IMG/VR virus record: IMGVR_UViG_3300023283_000212
Coordinates: 1 to 46,905 of that record
Strand: one strand, 5' to 3'
Source of the DNA: a virus
Lineage: Duplodnaviria > Caudoviricetes
Length of the DNA: 46,905 bases
The translations under genes and the position numbers were made by a program. The notes under the pieces are model-generated. The model worked only from the letters and a program-made list of their open reading frames with translations, had not been told where the DNA came from and searched no databases. This document shows positions 1 to 9,935 of this stretch, piece after piece. Every line of letters starts with the position of its first letter. Within the stretch, counting starts at the first letter, position 1.

Positions 1-127
1 CAGCCCGGGCAGCAGCCACCCGACATTCGGGGCGAGATCGAAGCGCTCCGCGCGGCCGAGCAGCCCGAGCAGCAGCCACCCGACATTCGGGGCGAGATCG
101 AAGCGCTCCGCGCGGCCGAGCAGCCCG
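1..127. repeat. Terminal direct overlap with 46779-46905 (circular assembly signature)
   Basis: 1-127 is identical to 46779-46905. The reading frame of the giant ORF is preserved across the join. Confidence 0.9.
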
Positions 128-135
128 GGCAGCAG
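1..135 (+). repeat. 60-bp coding tandem repeat (QPGQQPPDIRGEIEALRAAE), also at 46723-46905
   Basis: Near-identical 60-nt units, in frame with the giant ORF. Confidence 0.9.
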
Positions 136-3100
136 ATCGCGGAGACCTTCGAAAGGCTCGCCCGCGAAACGGGAGTCGCGGCGCGCCGGGCAGAGCCGAG
201 CGCCGAGCAGGCGGAGATCGCTCGGCTAGCCGAGGCGTTCGGGCGGCAGGTGGTCTGGTTCGAGCCGCAGCAGAGAGGGAGAGCCCCGAAGGGATTTCAC
301 GACTCGCGACGGCCGGGCACGGTGTTTCTCAACAGCCAAAACACCGACCGGCAATCGCTCTACGGCATTCTGGGTCACGAGCTGGCGCACGACACGGGCG
401 CCGACCTCGAGGCCGAATTCCCGGAGGGACTGCTGGCCGAAGCGCTCGAAAGCTATCTGGGCGAAGCCAACCCGCGATACGCCGCGCGGGTCCGCCGCGA
501 TCCGGTGATCGCGCGGAAGGAAGCGGCGGCTAGGCTGATCGAGCGCTTCTTCGAGGACGACGCGTTCCGGGCGCAGGTGCGGCGCGCCGAGCCGGACCTC
601 TGGGAGCGGATCCAAGCGTTGCTCGAGCGGCTGCTGGCCTGGTTTCGCCGGGCACCGCAGACCGAAGCCGATCGCGCGGTCCGCGAAGCGCTGCGCGTGA
701 TGCGGGGCAAGCTGGACGAGTCGGCAGAGCGGCCGCAGGAGCAACCGGAGCCCCAATCGGAGCGCCGAGAGCAGCCGCCCCGGAAAGAGAAGGTGGCCGC
801 AGCGGAGACCGCCCGCAAGCGGCAGCGGCACCAGATCGAGGAGCAGGTGCGCCGGGAGGAGCGCATGCTGCGGGAGTTCTTCGGGAAGGATCTGGAGCTG
901 GCTGGCGATCTCGCGCGCAAGCCCTACTTCCAAAGCCGGCTGGAAGCGGCGCTCGAAGATCTGCCGGAGCGACCGCTCGCGCTCGACGAGCTGCTCGGCA
1001 CGCTCCGCAAGCGCGGCGCGAAAAAGGCGGAACTCGAGTTCGCCGACTTTCCGACGCTCTACGCGCTGCGCGGGAAGCGGAAGCTGCCCAAAGGGCAGCT
1101 CGCCGCTTGGCTGGCCGGACACCGGCTGCGGGTGGAGACCGAAACGCTCCGCGACAAGCAGATGCGGGGGCAGGGCCCCGGCTATCGCGAGCGGGGGACT
1201 GAGAACCTGCGGGAGATTCTCCTCACATGGCCCGATGCCCCGGCGCCGCTTTTAGGGATGCACCACCGCCGGAGCGACGTGTTGGCCTACGTCCGCGTGG
1301 GAGACCGGCGCGGCGCGGACGGCGAAAAGGTGCTCTATCTGGAGAACCTGCAGAGCGATCACGAGCAGGCGCCTGCCCCGAAGTTGCAAACCCCCTTCGC
1401 GCGTGACTGGATTCCGCTGGCGCTCAAGCGGTTGCTGGCCGAAGCGGCCGACGAGGGGTACGACGCGGTGAGCTGGACGTCGGCCGAGGTGCAGAAAGAG
1501 CGCTGGCGCAACGTGGTGACCGGCGGCGGCGCCAAATGGCTGGAGATCCTCTACGACGAGAAGATTCCCGGCTTTCTGAGGAAGTACAGCAGACAGTGGG
1601 GCGGGAAGATCGAGCCGGTCAAAACCGCCTCCGGCTCCGGTCGCGCCAAATTTACGACGATCGACGGGGCCGAGATCGGGATTGTCGGCCAGCCGGACAG
1701 GAGTGCAAACGGGCGGATTGAGACCGCGTCGGTGCACTACGACATACCGGGGATCGGTCGCGGGGCGATGGGCGTCGACCGCGCCGAGCTCGAGGAGGGC
1801 CGCAGCGGGCGGACCGCGGCGTTCGAGCGGCTTTTGCTCACCGCGCTGGAGCGCTACGAACAGGACCCGGAGAGCTTTTCCGAGCGGGTGACCAACTCGG
1901 TCACCCGCCTTGGCCTGCGGCTGACCGACCAGATGCGCGCGGCGCTGCGCCATCAGCCGCAAATCCTGCTGGCCAGCGACGCGGCCGGCAGCCTGGAGGG
2001 GCTGCCCGAAGAGATCGCCGCCGCGCTCGAGAATCTGGCCGACTACCTGTACCACGTGGATGGCAAGACCGGCCGGCACAACTTCCGCCAGGCCCTCTCC
2101 GAGCGCCTGGGGGACGGCGTGCTTCCCTATGCCGATGTGCTGTGGGAGCACGCCCAAAAGACCGAGATCGTCGAGCCGGCTGAGCCGCAGCCGGACGATG
2201 CGCCTCGAATGATCGTCTGGGACGAGCACGGCGGGTTTGACGTTTCGCGCGTGCCACCTGATGTGGCACGGGACATTCTGGCGGAACGCGACCAATGGCT
2301 CGGATCGCCGGAAGCCAAGCAACTCAAGGAGGTGCTCGAAGAGCGATCCCAACTCGGAGAGGCGGAGCCGCGCGAGATTCCCGAAGCCGACGAGGCGCGA
2401 AAACTGCGCGCTTTGCGCGACGACGCAGAACATAAGCTCGAAGAGGCGAAACGGGAGCACGAGCGGCAGTTGAGTCGCCGCACCAAGGAAATCGCCCGCG
2501 AGCGCGGCGTTCCCAAGGGGCGGAAAGCCAATTCCCTTTCCAAATTAAAAAAGTACCAGCCGGCGATCGATGCGGCCGAAAGAGCTGCGCGGCGCGACTC
2601 CGAGGTGCAGGCGGCCGCACGCGCAGAGCAGAGCGCGCTGGCGGAGTTTGAAGAGTTCGCCTCTGCGGTGGCCGAACAGGAGCGGCAGCAGCAAATTGCC
2701 GAGCACCAGCGCCTGGTGCGCGAGCATGGAGAAAAGAAGCCCGGCGAAATTTTGGTGAATCTGCGAATCCCGGGGGATGCGATCCGCATCGAGCGCTGGA
2801 ATCCCAAGCAGGGCAAGTATCTGGTCGACCGCGGAAATTTTCTGGAGAGCACCGGCGAGTTCTTTCCTCACACCAACACCAATGTTCCGGTGGGCGAGAC
2901 CGCATACGCCGTGTTTCGCCTTTACGGCACGCCCGACGAGGCGCGCCGGCGGCAGGCAATTGACAAGCAAATCATTCAGGCTGAAAGGGAAGCGGCGAAT
3001 TGGCGAGCCGAGGCGAATCGGCGAGCCGCGGAGCAAAGGAAAGACGCCGAGTACGCCGCGCTGTTTTCCGAGACCTCGCCGGTGAAAGCCACGCTCGCGA

Positions 3101-6100
3101 AGCTGCTGCCGGCCGAACGGCAAGTCGCCGCCACTTTCCGCGGGGCCCCGGCGATCGCGACACAACACTGGGCCCTCTGGGGCGATGTGCCGAAAAAGAT
3201 TCGCGCGCGCCATTTGCACCTGGTCGAGAAGCGCGGCTACGCCCCCCTCCGCTCCCCCGAAAACGCGGTCCAGTTGGAGGACTTGCTCGGGGACCTTGAA
3301 CAGTCGGCGGCCGAAGCGCTCGAGCTGGTGGGGTACTTGCGCCCGGAGGACGCACCGAAAGGGTGGCCGTGGGCGCTACTGACCGACGGCGAGCGGCTGC
3401 TGGCGGTCAGCGCCCCTTATTACGACTACCTCACCGCGCAGGGCTATACGTTCGCCGCCGGCGACGCGGCGTTTGCGGCGGCGGGCGTGAGGTTCGTCGA
3501 GCTTCACCGAAACGGCGAACTGCAAGGGGTCCTGGCGCCGCTCGGGATTGGAGACGAAATTTCGCTCGCCCAGGCGGAGCGTTGGAAAAAGCGGGCCAGC
3601 GAAGGGTCGGGGAAGAGCCTGAATATGGCGGCCGACGAGGCGCGACCCGATCCGGTGCTGCCCGGGGCGCCGCAGGAGACGCCGCCGACGCATGACGGGC
3701 CGCGGCGGCTGACGGCGCCGGGACCCGGCGAAGAGGACGTGACGCCGATTTCGGCGCCCGAGGTGGTCGAGGCGATCCGCCAGGTCGCGGCCGCCTTCGG
3801 CCGGGAGATTCCCTTGCGGGTCGGGCGGCTCGGCAAGCGGGCGTCGCTCGGCGTTTACAAAGTCGAGCCGATGGTGGCCCGCATCCGCCGGGCGCTCGAC
3901 TCCTCGACCGCCGCCCACGAGATCGGCCACGCGGTGGAACACATCGTCTTCGGTTGGCCCCAGGGCGGACCCTGGCGCCTGCCGCTGGTCGACCGGAGGA
4001 TTCAGCGCGAACTTGTCGAGCTGGGCAAGTTGCTCTACGGCGAGCGCAAACCGGCCGGCGGGTACAAGCGGGAGGGTTTTGCAGAGTTTATGCGGCTGTG
4101 GGTCGAAAACCGCGAACTCGCCCGCTCCGAAGCGCCGCGCTTCGCCCGCTGGTTCGAGAACGTCTTCCTCGAAGCGTTCCCCGCAGCGCGGGACGCGATC
4201 GACCTCGCGCGCGATGCGTTTACCCGCTGGGAGAAGCAGGGGAGCTACGAGCGCGGCCGGCAGGGGATCGTCGAGTTGACCTTTCCGGAGCGCATCCGGC
4301 GCTGGCGCAGGAAGTTCCTCGACCCGCTGAAGTGGATCGAGCAGGGACTCGAAATGCTCGACCCCTTGGCGCGGCTGGAGGTCCAGGCCGAGCAGTTGCT
4401 CGACCGGAAGCTCAAGCACGACGAGCGGGCCTATCTGCGCGGGAGCGCGCTGCGGATGACGCACGCCCCGATTGTGCGGCGGTGGGTCGAGCAGGGGATC
4501 ACCGATTTTCACGGGCGGCCGAACGGGCCGAGCCTCGATCAGATCCGCAGCCTCGTAAGCCAGCGGGAGCGGTGGGACTTTTTGGTTTACCTGTGGGCCC
4601 GCCGCGGGCTGCGGATGCTGCGCGACGAGCGCGGGCCGCGCGATCCGGGGCTGTCCGAAGCGGACGCCCAGCAGATCGTGCGCGAAGCCGAAGCGGACCC
4701 GAAGCGGCGGGTTCGCTGGCGGCTGGCGGCCCGCGAGGTGTACGACTGGAACGAGGGGGTGCTCGACTACGCGGCGCAAGCCTCGCCCGCGTTCGCCGAC
4801 GTCGTGCGGAGGATCCGCGCCCGCGATCCGGGCGAGTACATCCCGCTCTCGCGGGTGTTCGACGAGCTGGACGAAACGTACGCCCGCTCCGGCGGCGGCG
4901 CCTCGGCGCGGCTGGCGACCCTCGGCGGCTCGCTGCGGGGTTCCGCGCGGCGCATCAAAGAGCCCTTTGCGCAAATGATCGCAAACGCCGAGCGGATCGT
5001 GTATGCGGCCCACCAGCGGCACGTGCTCGATGCGATTCTGGCCCTGGCCCGCGTGCCGGGGATGGGCCGCGTCATCGAGGAGGTGCCGGTCGAGCAGCGA
5101 CCGGCGGCGGCGCGGACGATCGGCCAACTGCTCGAAGAGATCAACCGCAGACTGGCACCGGCCGCCAGCGCCCAAGTGGGCGGCGAGATCGACTCGGAGG
5201 CGCTCGCCCAGATGATCACGTTCTTCGCGCCGGCAGATCGGCCGAAGGGGGCCGACCCGATCGTGCCGCTCTACCAGGACGGCAAGGTCCGCTGGTACTA
5301 CCTCGAGGATTCGCTCTTCCGGTCCCTCGGCAGCCTGGAGATTTGGCGCGTGCAGCAGACCGGCGCGCTTGGCCTCATCCTGCGGGGGCTGGGCGCGCAC
5401 AACCGCTTCGTGAAGGCCGGCATCACGACCCTGCGGGCGAGCTTCGCGGTCGCCAACACGATCCGCGATGCGGGGGTCTACTTCTTCAACACGATGGAGC
5501 GGAACCCGATTCTGGCGGCGCTCTCGCTGCTCTCCGGGCACGCGCAGGTGATCTGGTCGGCACTGCCCGGGACGACCGAGACGAAGCTCGTGCGGCTCAT
5601 CAAGGATCGCGGCGGCGAGATCGCGCCCCGCTTGGGCCAGGACATTCCGCACACCAGGCGGGCGGCGCGGCGGGTGTTCGGGTGGCGCGTGCGCGATCTG
5701 CCGAGCAACGCCTTCGACGCCTACCGCACGCTGATCGGCCTCCCGGAGCTCGGGCCGCGCGTCGCCGAGGCGCAGAATTACCTGCGCTCGATCGGGTTCA
5801 CGTGGGACGGCTCGCGCGAGCTGACGGTGCAGGAATCCCAGGAGATGATGGTCGCCTACAAGCAGGTGACCACCGATTTCACGGCGGCCGGTGAGCTCGC
5901 CCGCACGCTCAACCAGTTCATCCCCTTTTTCAACGCGGCCATCCAGGGACCGCGTGCCCTGGTCCGCGCGGCGCGGCGCGATCCGGCGGCGATGGCGGCG
6001 CGGGTCCTGTCGGTCGCCGCCCTGACCCTGCTGTACTGGTGGCAGAAGAAGGACGAAGAGTGGTACCGCGAGATCGACGATCACAGCAAGTATCTCTACT

Positions 6101-7260
6101 GGCTGTTCCGCTTCACCAACCCAATAACCGGGGAGGAAGAGCTGCTGCGGATTCCGCGGCCCTTCGACCACGGACAACTCTTCTCGGCCAGCGTGGAAGC
6201 GATGGCCGACGCCTGGTACCGCGAGGACCCCGAGGCGGTGACCGGGTGGATGGAGGTGTTTCGGGCTACTGCCACCCCGCCGCTGGCTCCGGCGTTGGTC
6301 GAAGAGGCCTTCGAGCAGGCGCTCAACTACGACGTCTTCTGGGAGCGGCCGATCGTACCGCGCGCCTACCAGGGGCAGTACGCGAGCCAGCAGTACAACG
6401 AGTACACGACCCGAGCGGCCCGCGCGCTCGCGAATCTGTCGGGCCAAGACCGCCTCAGCCCGATGCGGATCGACCACGCCATCCGCGGCCTGGCCGGTCC
6501 CCTCTCGCGCGACGTGCTGGAGACGGCCGGCACGCTCGGGATTCCGGTCGGACCCGATAAAGCGCTGGGCTGGAGCGAGATGGCCGACACGCCGGTCTTC
6601 GGCCGGCTGTTCCGCCGCGGGGGACCGCGGGGCTCGGGCGGCAAAAGCATCGACGCACTGTACGACCTGGCCGAGCGGCTCGACAAGCGCGGCAGGTCGC
6701 TCGAAGAGTCGCCCGACGAGCGGCGGCAGCGGCTCGCGATCGATGATGCGGTTACGGCGGTCAGCGCCCTGTTGCAGCTCCGCAAAGACGTGCGGCCGGG
6801 GCAGCCGCGGGCCGAACTGGTGAAGGAGGCCACGCGCATTGCGCAGGATGCGTTGCGGGCGGCCGGCACGCCGGAGCAGGCACCGGCGGAGCTCGATCGC
6901 GAGCCACTGCGGTATCTGCGCCGCAGCGCCGAAGCGCGGCGCAGAGCGGCACAACTCAAGCCGGGCGAGCGGCAGCCGGTGATCGTCGAAGCGGTCGGAG
7001 TGCTCGCCCGCCCGATCCCCTTGAGCGTCACCGCGCGCGAGCGCGAGGCGGGCCTCACGATCACCGAGAAACAGCGGAAGTGGAGAAACGACCGGAAGGT
7101 CGCCACCGAAACGCTCCGGCGGCTCGGCGTGACGCCGCGGGAGGCGATCGCCGACTTTGCCCGCTCGCTGCGAGGCGGTGAGCGGGCCCGACTGGAAAGG
7201 GCAAAACGTGGAGTCGCTCGAGCCTTTCGCGAGGCGGGGAATCGGGGCGATGGCCAGTGA
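1..7260 (+). CDS. C-terminal 2,419 aa of a giant polyvalent virion/ejection protein (begins at 45225 and wraps); zincin-like HExxH motifs, C-terminal LPD38-like domain
   Basis: Open frame from base 1. HELAH at 376-390 and HEIGH at 3916-3930. 'FIPFFNAAIQG...LLRIPRPFDHG...NYDVFWERPIVP...SPMRIDHAIRG' resembles LPD38. It is the last gene of a podovirus-type structural block. Confidence 0.8.
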   Translation, partial: QPGQQPPDIRGEIEALRAAEQPEQQPPDIRGEIEALRAAEQPGQQIAETFERLARETGVAARRAEPSAEQAEIARLAEAFGRQVVWFEPQQRGRAPKGFHDSRRPGTVFLNSQNTDRQSLYGILGHELAHDTGADLEAEFPEGLLAEALESYLGEANPRYAARVRRDPVIARKEAAARLIERFFEDDAFRAQVRRAEPDLWERIQALLERLLAWFRRAPQTEADRAVREALRVMRGKLDESAERPQEQPEPQSERREQPPRKEKVAAAETARKRQRHQIEEQVRREERMLREFFGKDLELAGDLARKPYFQSRLEAALEDLPERPLALDELLGTLRKRGAKKAELEFADFPTLYALRGKRKLPKGQLAAWLAGHRLRVETETLRDKQMRGQGPGYRERGTENLREILLTWPDAPAPLLGMHHRRSDVLAYVRVGDRRGADGEKVLYLENLQSDHEQAPAPKLQTPFARDWIPLALKRLLAEAADEGYDAVSWTSAEVQKERWRNVVTGGGAKWLEILYDEKIPGFLRKYSRQWGGKIEPVKTASGSGRAKFTTIDGAEIGIVGQPDRSANGRIETASVHYDIPGIGRGAMGVDRAELEEGRSGRTAAFERLLLTALERYEQDPESFSERVTNSVTRLGLRLTDQMRAALRHQPQILLASDAAGSLEGLPEEIAAALENLADYLYHVDGKTGRHNFRQALSERLGDGVLPYADVLWEHAQKTEIVEPAEPQPDDAPRMIVWDEHGGFDVSRVPPDVARDILAERDQWLGSPEAKQLKEVLEERSQLGEAEPREIPEADEARKLRALRDDAEHKLEEAKREHERQLSRRTKEIARERGVPKGRKANSLSKLKKYQPAIDAAERAARRDSEVQAAARAEQSALAEFEEFASAVAEQERQQQIAEHQRLVREHGEKKPGEILVNLRIPGDAIRIERWNPKQGKYLVDRGNFLESTGEFFPHTNTNVPVGETAYAVFRLYGTPDEARRRQAIDKQIIQAEREAANWRAEANRRAAEQRKDAEYAALFSETSPVKATLAKLLPAERQVAATFRGAPAIATQHWALWGDVPKKIRARHLHLVEKRGYAPLRSPENAVQLEDLLGDLEQSAAEALELVGYLRPEDAPKGWPWALLTDGERLLAVSAPYYDYLTAQGYTFAAGDAAFAAAGVRFVELHRNGELQGVLAPLGIGDEISLAQAERWKKRASEGSGKSLNMAADEARPDPVLPGAPQETPPTHDGPRRLTAPGPGEEDVTPISAPEVVEAIRQVAAAFGREIPLRVGRLGKRASLGVYKVEPMVARIRRALDSSTAAHEIGHAVEHIVFGWPQGGPWRLPLVDRRIQRELVELGKLLYGERKPAGGYKREGFAEFMRLWVENRELARSEAPRFARWFENVFLEAFPAARDAIDLARDAFTRWEKQGSYERGRQGIVELTFPERIRRWRRKFLDPLKWIEQGLEMLDPLARLEVQAEQLLDRKLKHDERAYLRGSALRMTHAPIVRRWVEQGITDFHGRPNGPSLDQIRSLVSQRERWDFLVYLWARRGLRMLRDERGPRDPGLSEADAQQIVREAEADPKRRVRWRLAAREVYDWNEGVLDYAAQASPAFADVVRRIRARDPGEYIPLSRVFDELDETYARSGGGASARLATLGGSLRGSARRIKEPFAQMIANAERIVYAAHQRHVLDAILALARVPGMGRVIEEVPVEQRPAAARTIGQLLEEINRRLAPAASAQVGGEIDSEALAQMITFFAPADRPKGADPIVPLYQDGKVRWYYLEDSLFRSLGSLEIWRVQQTGALGLILRGLGAHNRFVKAGITTLRASFAVANTIRDAGVYFFNTMERNPILAALSLLSGHAQVIWSALPGTTETKLVRLIKDRGGEIAPRLGQDIPHTRRAARRVFGWRVRDLPSNAFDAYRTLIGLPELGPRVAEAQNYLRSIGFTWDGSRELTVQESQEMMVAYKQVTTDFTAAGELARTLNQFIPFFNAAIQGPRALVRAARRDPAAMAARVLSVAALTLLYWWQKKDEEWYREIDDHSKYLYWLFRFTNPITGEEELLRIPRPFDHGQLFSASVEAMADAWYREDPEAVTGWMEVFRATATPPLAPALVEEAFEQALNYDVFWERPIVPRAYQGQYASQQYNEYTTRAARALANLSGQDRLSPMRIDHAIRGLAGPLSRDVLETAGTLGIPVGPDKALGWSEMADTPVFGRLFRRGGPRGSGGKSIDALYDLAERLDKRGRSLEESPDERRQRLAIDDAVTAVSALLQLRKDVRPGQPRAELVKEATRIAQDALRAAGTPEQAPAELDREPLRYLRRSAEARRRAAQLKPGERQPVIVEAVGVLARPIPLSVTAREREAGLTITEKQRKWRNDRKVATETLRRLGVTPREAIADFARSLRGGERARLERAKRGVARAFREAGNRGDGQ

Positions 7261-7522
7261 GGTACGGCAACTGTTCGCCCGGATGGACGCGCAACAGGGC
7301 CTCACCGGCTTGGCGTGGGTCGTCTTCTGCGGCGTGACGATCTGGGTCGGGGTGACCGTCCAGCAGATGAGCATCACGCTGGCCGGCATGCAGCAGGAAC
7401 TGCGGCACCACTCGAGGCTGTTGGGCGAACGAGCCGACAGCGAGACCGTCCAGGAACTGCGGGCCGAGGTGCTGCGTCTGCGAACGCGGATCTCGGCCCT
7501 CGAAAGAAGCCCGCCGCGCTAA
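7250..7522 (+). CDS. Small membrane protein with coiled coil (holin-like candidate)
   Basis: MASEVRQ...; one hydrophobic segment LAWVVFCGVTIWVGVTV followed by a heptad-rich tail. It overlaps the end of the giant ORF. Confidence 0.55.
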   Translation: MASEVRQLFARMDAQQGLTGLAWVVFCGVTIWVGVTVQQMSITLAGMQQELRHHSRLLGERADSETVQELRAEVLRLRTRISALERSPPR

Positions 7523-7710
7523 GCGTCCTGCCGCGCGGTGGGGGGAGTGGAAGTCGGTCCGGAGACGACCACGAGCCGAATCCGGCATCATCCCTGACGC
7601 CGGTAACCGGACTCTGACCCAAAATAAACCCTTTGTCCAGACTTTTCCCGCCAAAATTTTCACTAGCACGGCATAGGATGGGGCAAGAATGCCCAGAGAA
7701 TATGCCGCGC

Positions 7711-7761
7711 GGACATCGGATTCTCAGTCCGAAGACAGGGGTTCGACTCCCCTAGGGGGCG
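7711..7761 (+). mobile_element. attP core: 3' portion of tRNA-Glu(CTC)
   Basis: Anticodon arm TCGGA-TTCTCAG-TCCGA, T-arm AGGGG-TTCGACT-CCCCT and 3' acceptor strand AGGGGGC are present. There is no matching 5' acceptor strand or D-arm upstream. It lies upstream of a tyrosine integrase. Confidence 0.8.
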
Positions 7762-8452
7762 CTTAAAAGGGGTGTCGTCGGATTGGTAGTCCGATGACAT
7801 TCGCGGGCGGCTTCACAGGCAGAGAACGGATGAGCATCATGCCCGAAGGCAATCCGAGGCCCAAGATGTTGCGGGAGGATTTCGCGGGGTCCGCCCACGG
7901 TGCGGTGGATCGTGTTTCTCGTCGTGCTCTTCGCCCAGACACACAGAAGACCAAACGAGCGAAAGGACCTGATGGGCCGCGCAGGTGAGCGGGAGGGGAA
8001 GCCCCCGTATCACTGACGCACATCAGTTTTGGACGGCACCTGCGCGGCCCGGCAGATCCTTTCAAAAGTTTTTTTCGCGCGCAACTCGCGACGACCAACC
8101 ACGTTCGCGTGCCGCTGGCCGGCGGGAACGAAATTCTTGGCGCCGCAGCGCTTGACGTGCGCCGCCCGGGCCGCTTATCTTGGAAGCCGTCCAAAATAGA
8201 TGTGCGTTTCGCCCCCTCTCGGGCACTCCGCGACCAGCCACTTTTTCCAGTGGCGCACGCTGTCGCTGACCGAGGCCGGTGTGACGCACACATTGGCCGG
8301 TCGGAGCACATCCCGGCTTGGGCCGGTCAGCCCAGCGGAGCTACTTGCAGCACCGCCGGCGGCGCAGGTTTTTCGTACCGGGCCTGCGCTGCCTGGCGGG
8401 TGCTTGTCGCTCCGCAGAGCACGGAGTGCTGCGTCATGTCCCGCGATAGGAT

Positions 8453-8515
8453 CGGTCAGCCGCTTGTTTTTCCCGCTGCGGGCGCCGCCGGGAGGACGGC
8501 GAAAAAGGCTGACCG
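8453..8515 (+). promoter_or_regulatory. Long hairpin directly upstream of the integrase start codon
   Basis: CGGTCAGCC...TTTTTC pairs with GAAAAA-GGCTGACCG, ending 2 nt before ATG 8518. Confidence 0.5.
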
Positions 8516-8517
8516 CC

Positions 8518-9447
8518 ATGAATCTCCCTTCCCTACTCGCCCGTTTCGCGACGGAAAATCCGCGCCTCGATTCGCACCGCTCGGTCGAGGAGTACCGTTC
8601 GACGGTGCGCGTCTTTTGCCGCTGGTGGCGCACGCGGGGCGAAACCGCCGAGCCGCGCATCGCCGATCTGACCGATGCGGCGATCGCCGAGTGGCTGCGC
8701 GCTTTGGACGCGGCCGAGTACGCCCGGCCGACGATCAACAAGCACCGCCGGCAACTGGTGGCGCTGCTCGGCTGGGCCTGGGCCGAACACCTGCTGGCCG
8801 CGCCGCCCCGGGTGAAAAAGTACACCGAGCCCCGGCGCTGCCGGTCCGCCTTTACGCCCCGAGAGTTCCAGGAGCTCCTCGATGCGGCCGGGCGTCGCGA
8901 CGGGTATGTGGGGGGCGTGCCGGCCGGGATCTTCTGGCAGGCGCTGCTCTCGACGATTGCGACCTCGGGCGGGCGAATCAACGCAGTGATGCTCTCCCGT
9001 CGCGCGGAGTTCGACCCGCAGCGGCGGACGCTGCGGCTGGACTGCAAAGTCCAGAAGCAGCAGGCCGATCAAGTCTTCGTCCTTCCACCCACGACCGCAG
9101 CCGTGCTCGGGCGTTTGATCGCGATGCACGAGCAGGAACGGATTTTCGGTTGCTGGCCGCACGATGCGCGTCGTGGGTGGAAGACGTTGACCCGCCACTA
9201 CCGGCACATTCTGCAGGCCGCCGGACTGCCGCACCGCTCGCGCCGGGACCTCTTCCACAAGATCCGCGCGAGCGTCGCCACCTGGATCGCCGCCGAGCTC
9301 GGCGAGGAGGAAGCCCGCAAGTACCTGGGCCATTCGAACGTGCGCGTGACGCGCAGCTATCTCGATCTCTCGCAGCTCCCGAGCATCCGCGACCTGTCGG
9401 GCGTGTTGCCGCAGTTCGAGGTGGGCGACGTGCGGCTGGTGGGGTGA
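8518..9447 (+). CDS. int: Tyrosine recombinase / phage integrase
   Basis: SAM-like N-terminus; catalytic R (SGGRINAV), HxxR (FHKIR), LGH and Y (TRSY). Confidence 0.9.
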   Translation: MNLPSLLARFATENPRLDSHRSVEEYRSTVRVFCRWWRTRGETAEPRIADLTDAAIAEWLRALDAAEYARPTINKHRRQLVALLGWAWAEHLLAAPPRVKKYTEPRRCRSAFTPREFQELLDAAGRRDGYVGGVPAGIFWQALLSTIATSGGRINAVMLSRRAEFDPQRRTLRLDCKVQKQQADQVFVLPPTTAAVLGRLIAMHEQERIFGCWPHDARRGWKTLTRHYRHILQAAGLPHRSRRDLFHKIRASVATWIAAELGEEEARKYLGHSNVRVTRSYLDLSQLPSIRDLSGVLPQFEVGDVRLVG

Positions 9448-9529
9448 GATGCATGCCGCACAGGGGCCGCGCGAAGCGAGAACGAGATCGTGAGTCCCGG
9501 TCATCACTTTGTTTGCAAAGGAGATTCGG

Positions 9530-9727
9530 ATGCTTGTCGTGACCAGGAAACTGTGGGAGTCGGTGGTGATCGGCGAGGTGACGGTGACGGTCGTGCCGTC
9601 GCAAGGCGCAGGCGTGCGGCTCGCGATCGACGCGCCGCGCGACGTGCCGATTCTCAGAGCGGAGATCGCGGTGCGGGCGGGCGCGGACGGCGGCCGGCGA
9701 GTCGAAGCGGGAGGCTCTTCGCGATGA
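9530..9727 (+). CDS. csrA: Carbon storage regulator CsrA-family RNA-binding protein
   Basis: MLVVTRKLWESVVIGEVTVTV...VRLAIDAPRDVPILRAEI matches the CsrA signature. AAGGAG RBS. Confidence 0.9.
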   Translation: MLVVTRKLWESVVIGEVTVTVVPSQGAGVRLAIDAPRDVPILRAEIAVRAGADGGRRVEAGGSSR

Positions 9728-9924
9728 CCGCCGCGCCGAAAGACACGATTTGCGTGGCCCTCCGCGCGCACGGCGAGCACTGGGTGTTTTTCTTCTCCCC
9801 GCCCGACCGGCGCGAGTTTGTCCGGGCCGCCGCCCGCTGGGCCAGCGATTCGGGTCTCGCCTTCTCCTGGGAGGACGCCGTCCGGGCGATGTTCGCCGCG
9901 AAAAAGGAGATGGCGAGCGACTGA
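9724..9924 (+). CDS. Small conserved hypothetical protein of a type I recall from Planctomycetota
   Basis: ICVALRAHGEHWVFFF...RWASDSGLAFSWEDA; ATGA-coupled to csrA. Family recognition is from memory. Confidence 0.65.
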   Translation: MTAAPKDTICVALRAHGEHWVFFFSPPDRREFVRAAARWASDSGLAFSWEDAVRAMFAAKKEMASD

Positions 9925-9935
9925 TAAGGAGCCGC

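Noticed and set aside
3376-7389. Long minus-strand ORFs (also 26462-28423, 35609-37531, 38828-41005, 42865-44985)
   Set aside because: These are antisense shadows of real high-GC genes with no recognisable motifs.
7691-7765. Intact tRNA-Glu gene
   Set aside because: There is no 5' acceptor strand complementary to AGGGGGC and no D-arm; only the 3' part is present.
7770-8450. Repressor or excisionase gene between attP and int
   Set aside because: The ORFs here lack recognisable HTH motifs or coding-like composition, so I left them uncalled.
8518-9447. Tyrosine recombinase as an integron integrase (IntI)
   Set aside because: The segment between the catalytic R and HxxR is short, with no visible IntI-specific insertion. 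Its position next to a tRNA-derived attP fits an ordinary phage integrase. An IntI HMM search would settle this.
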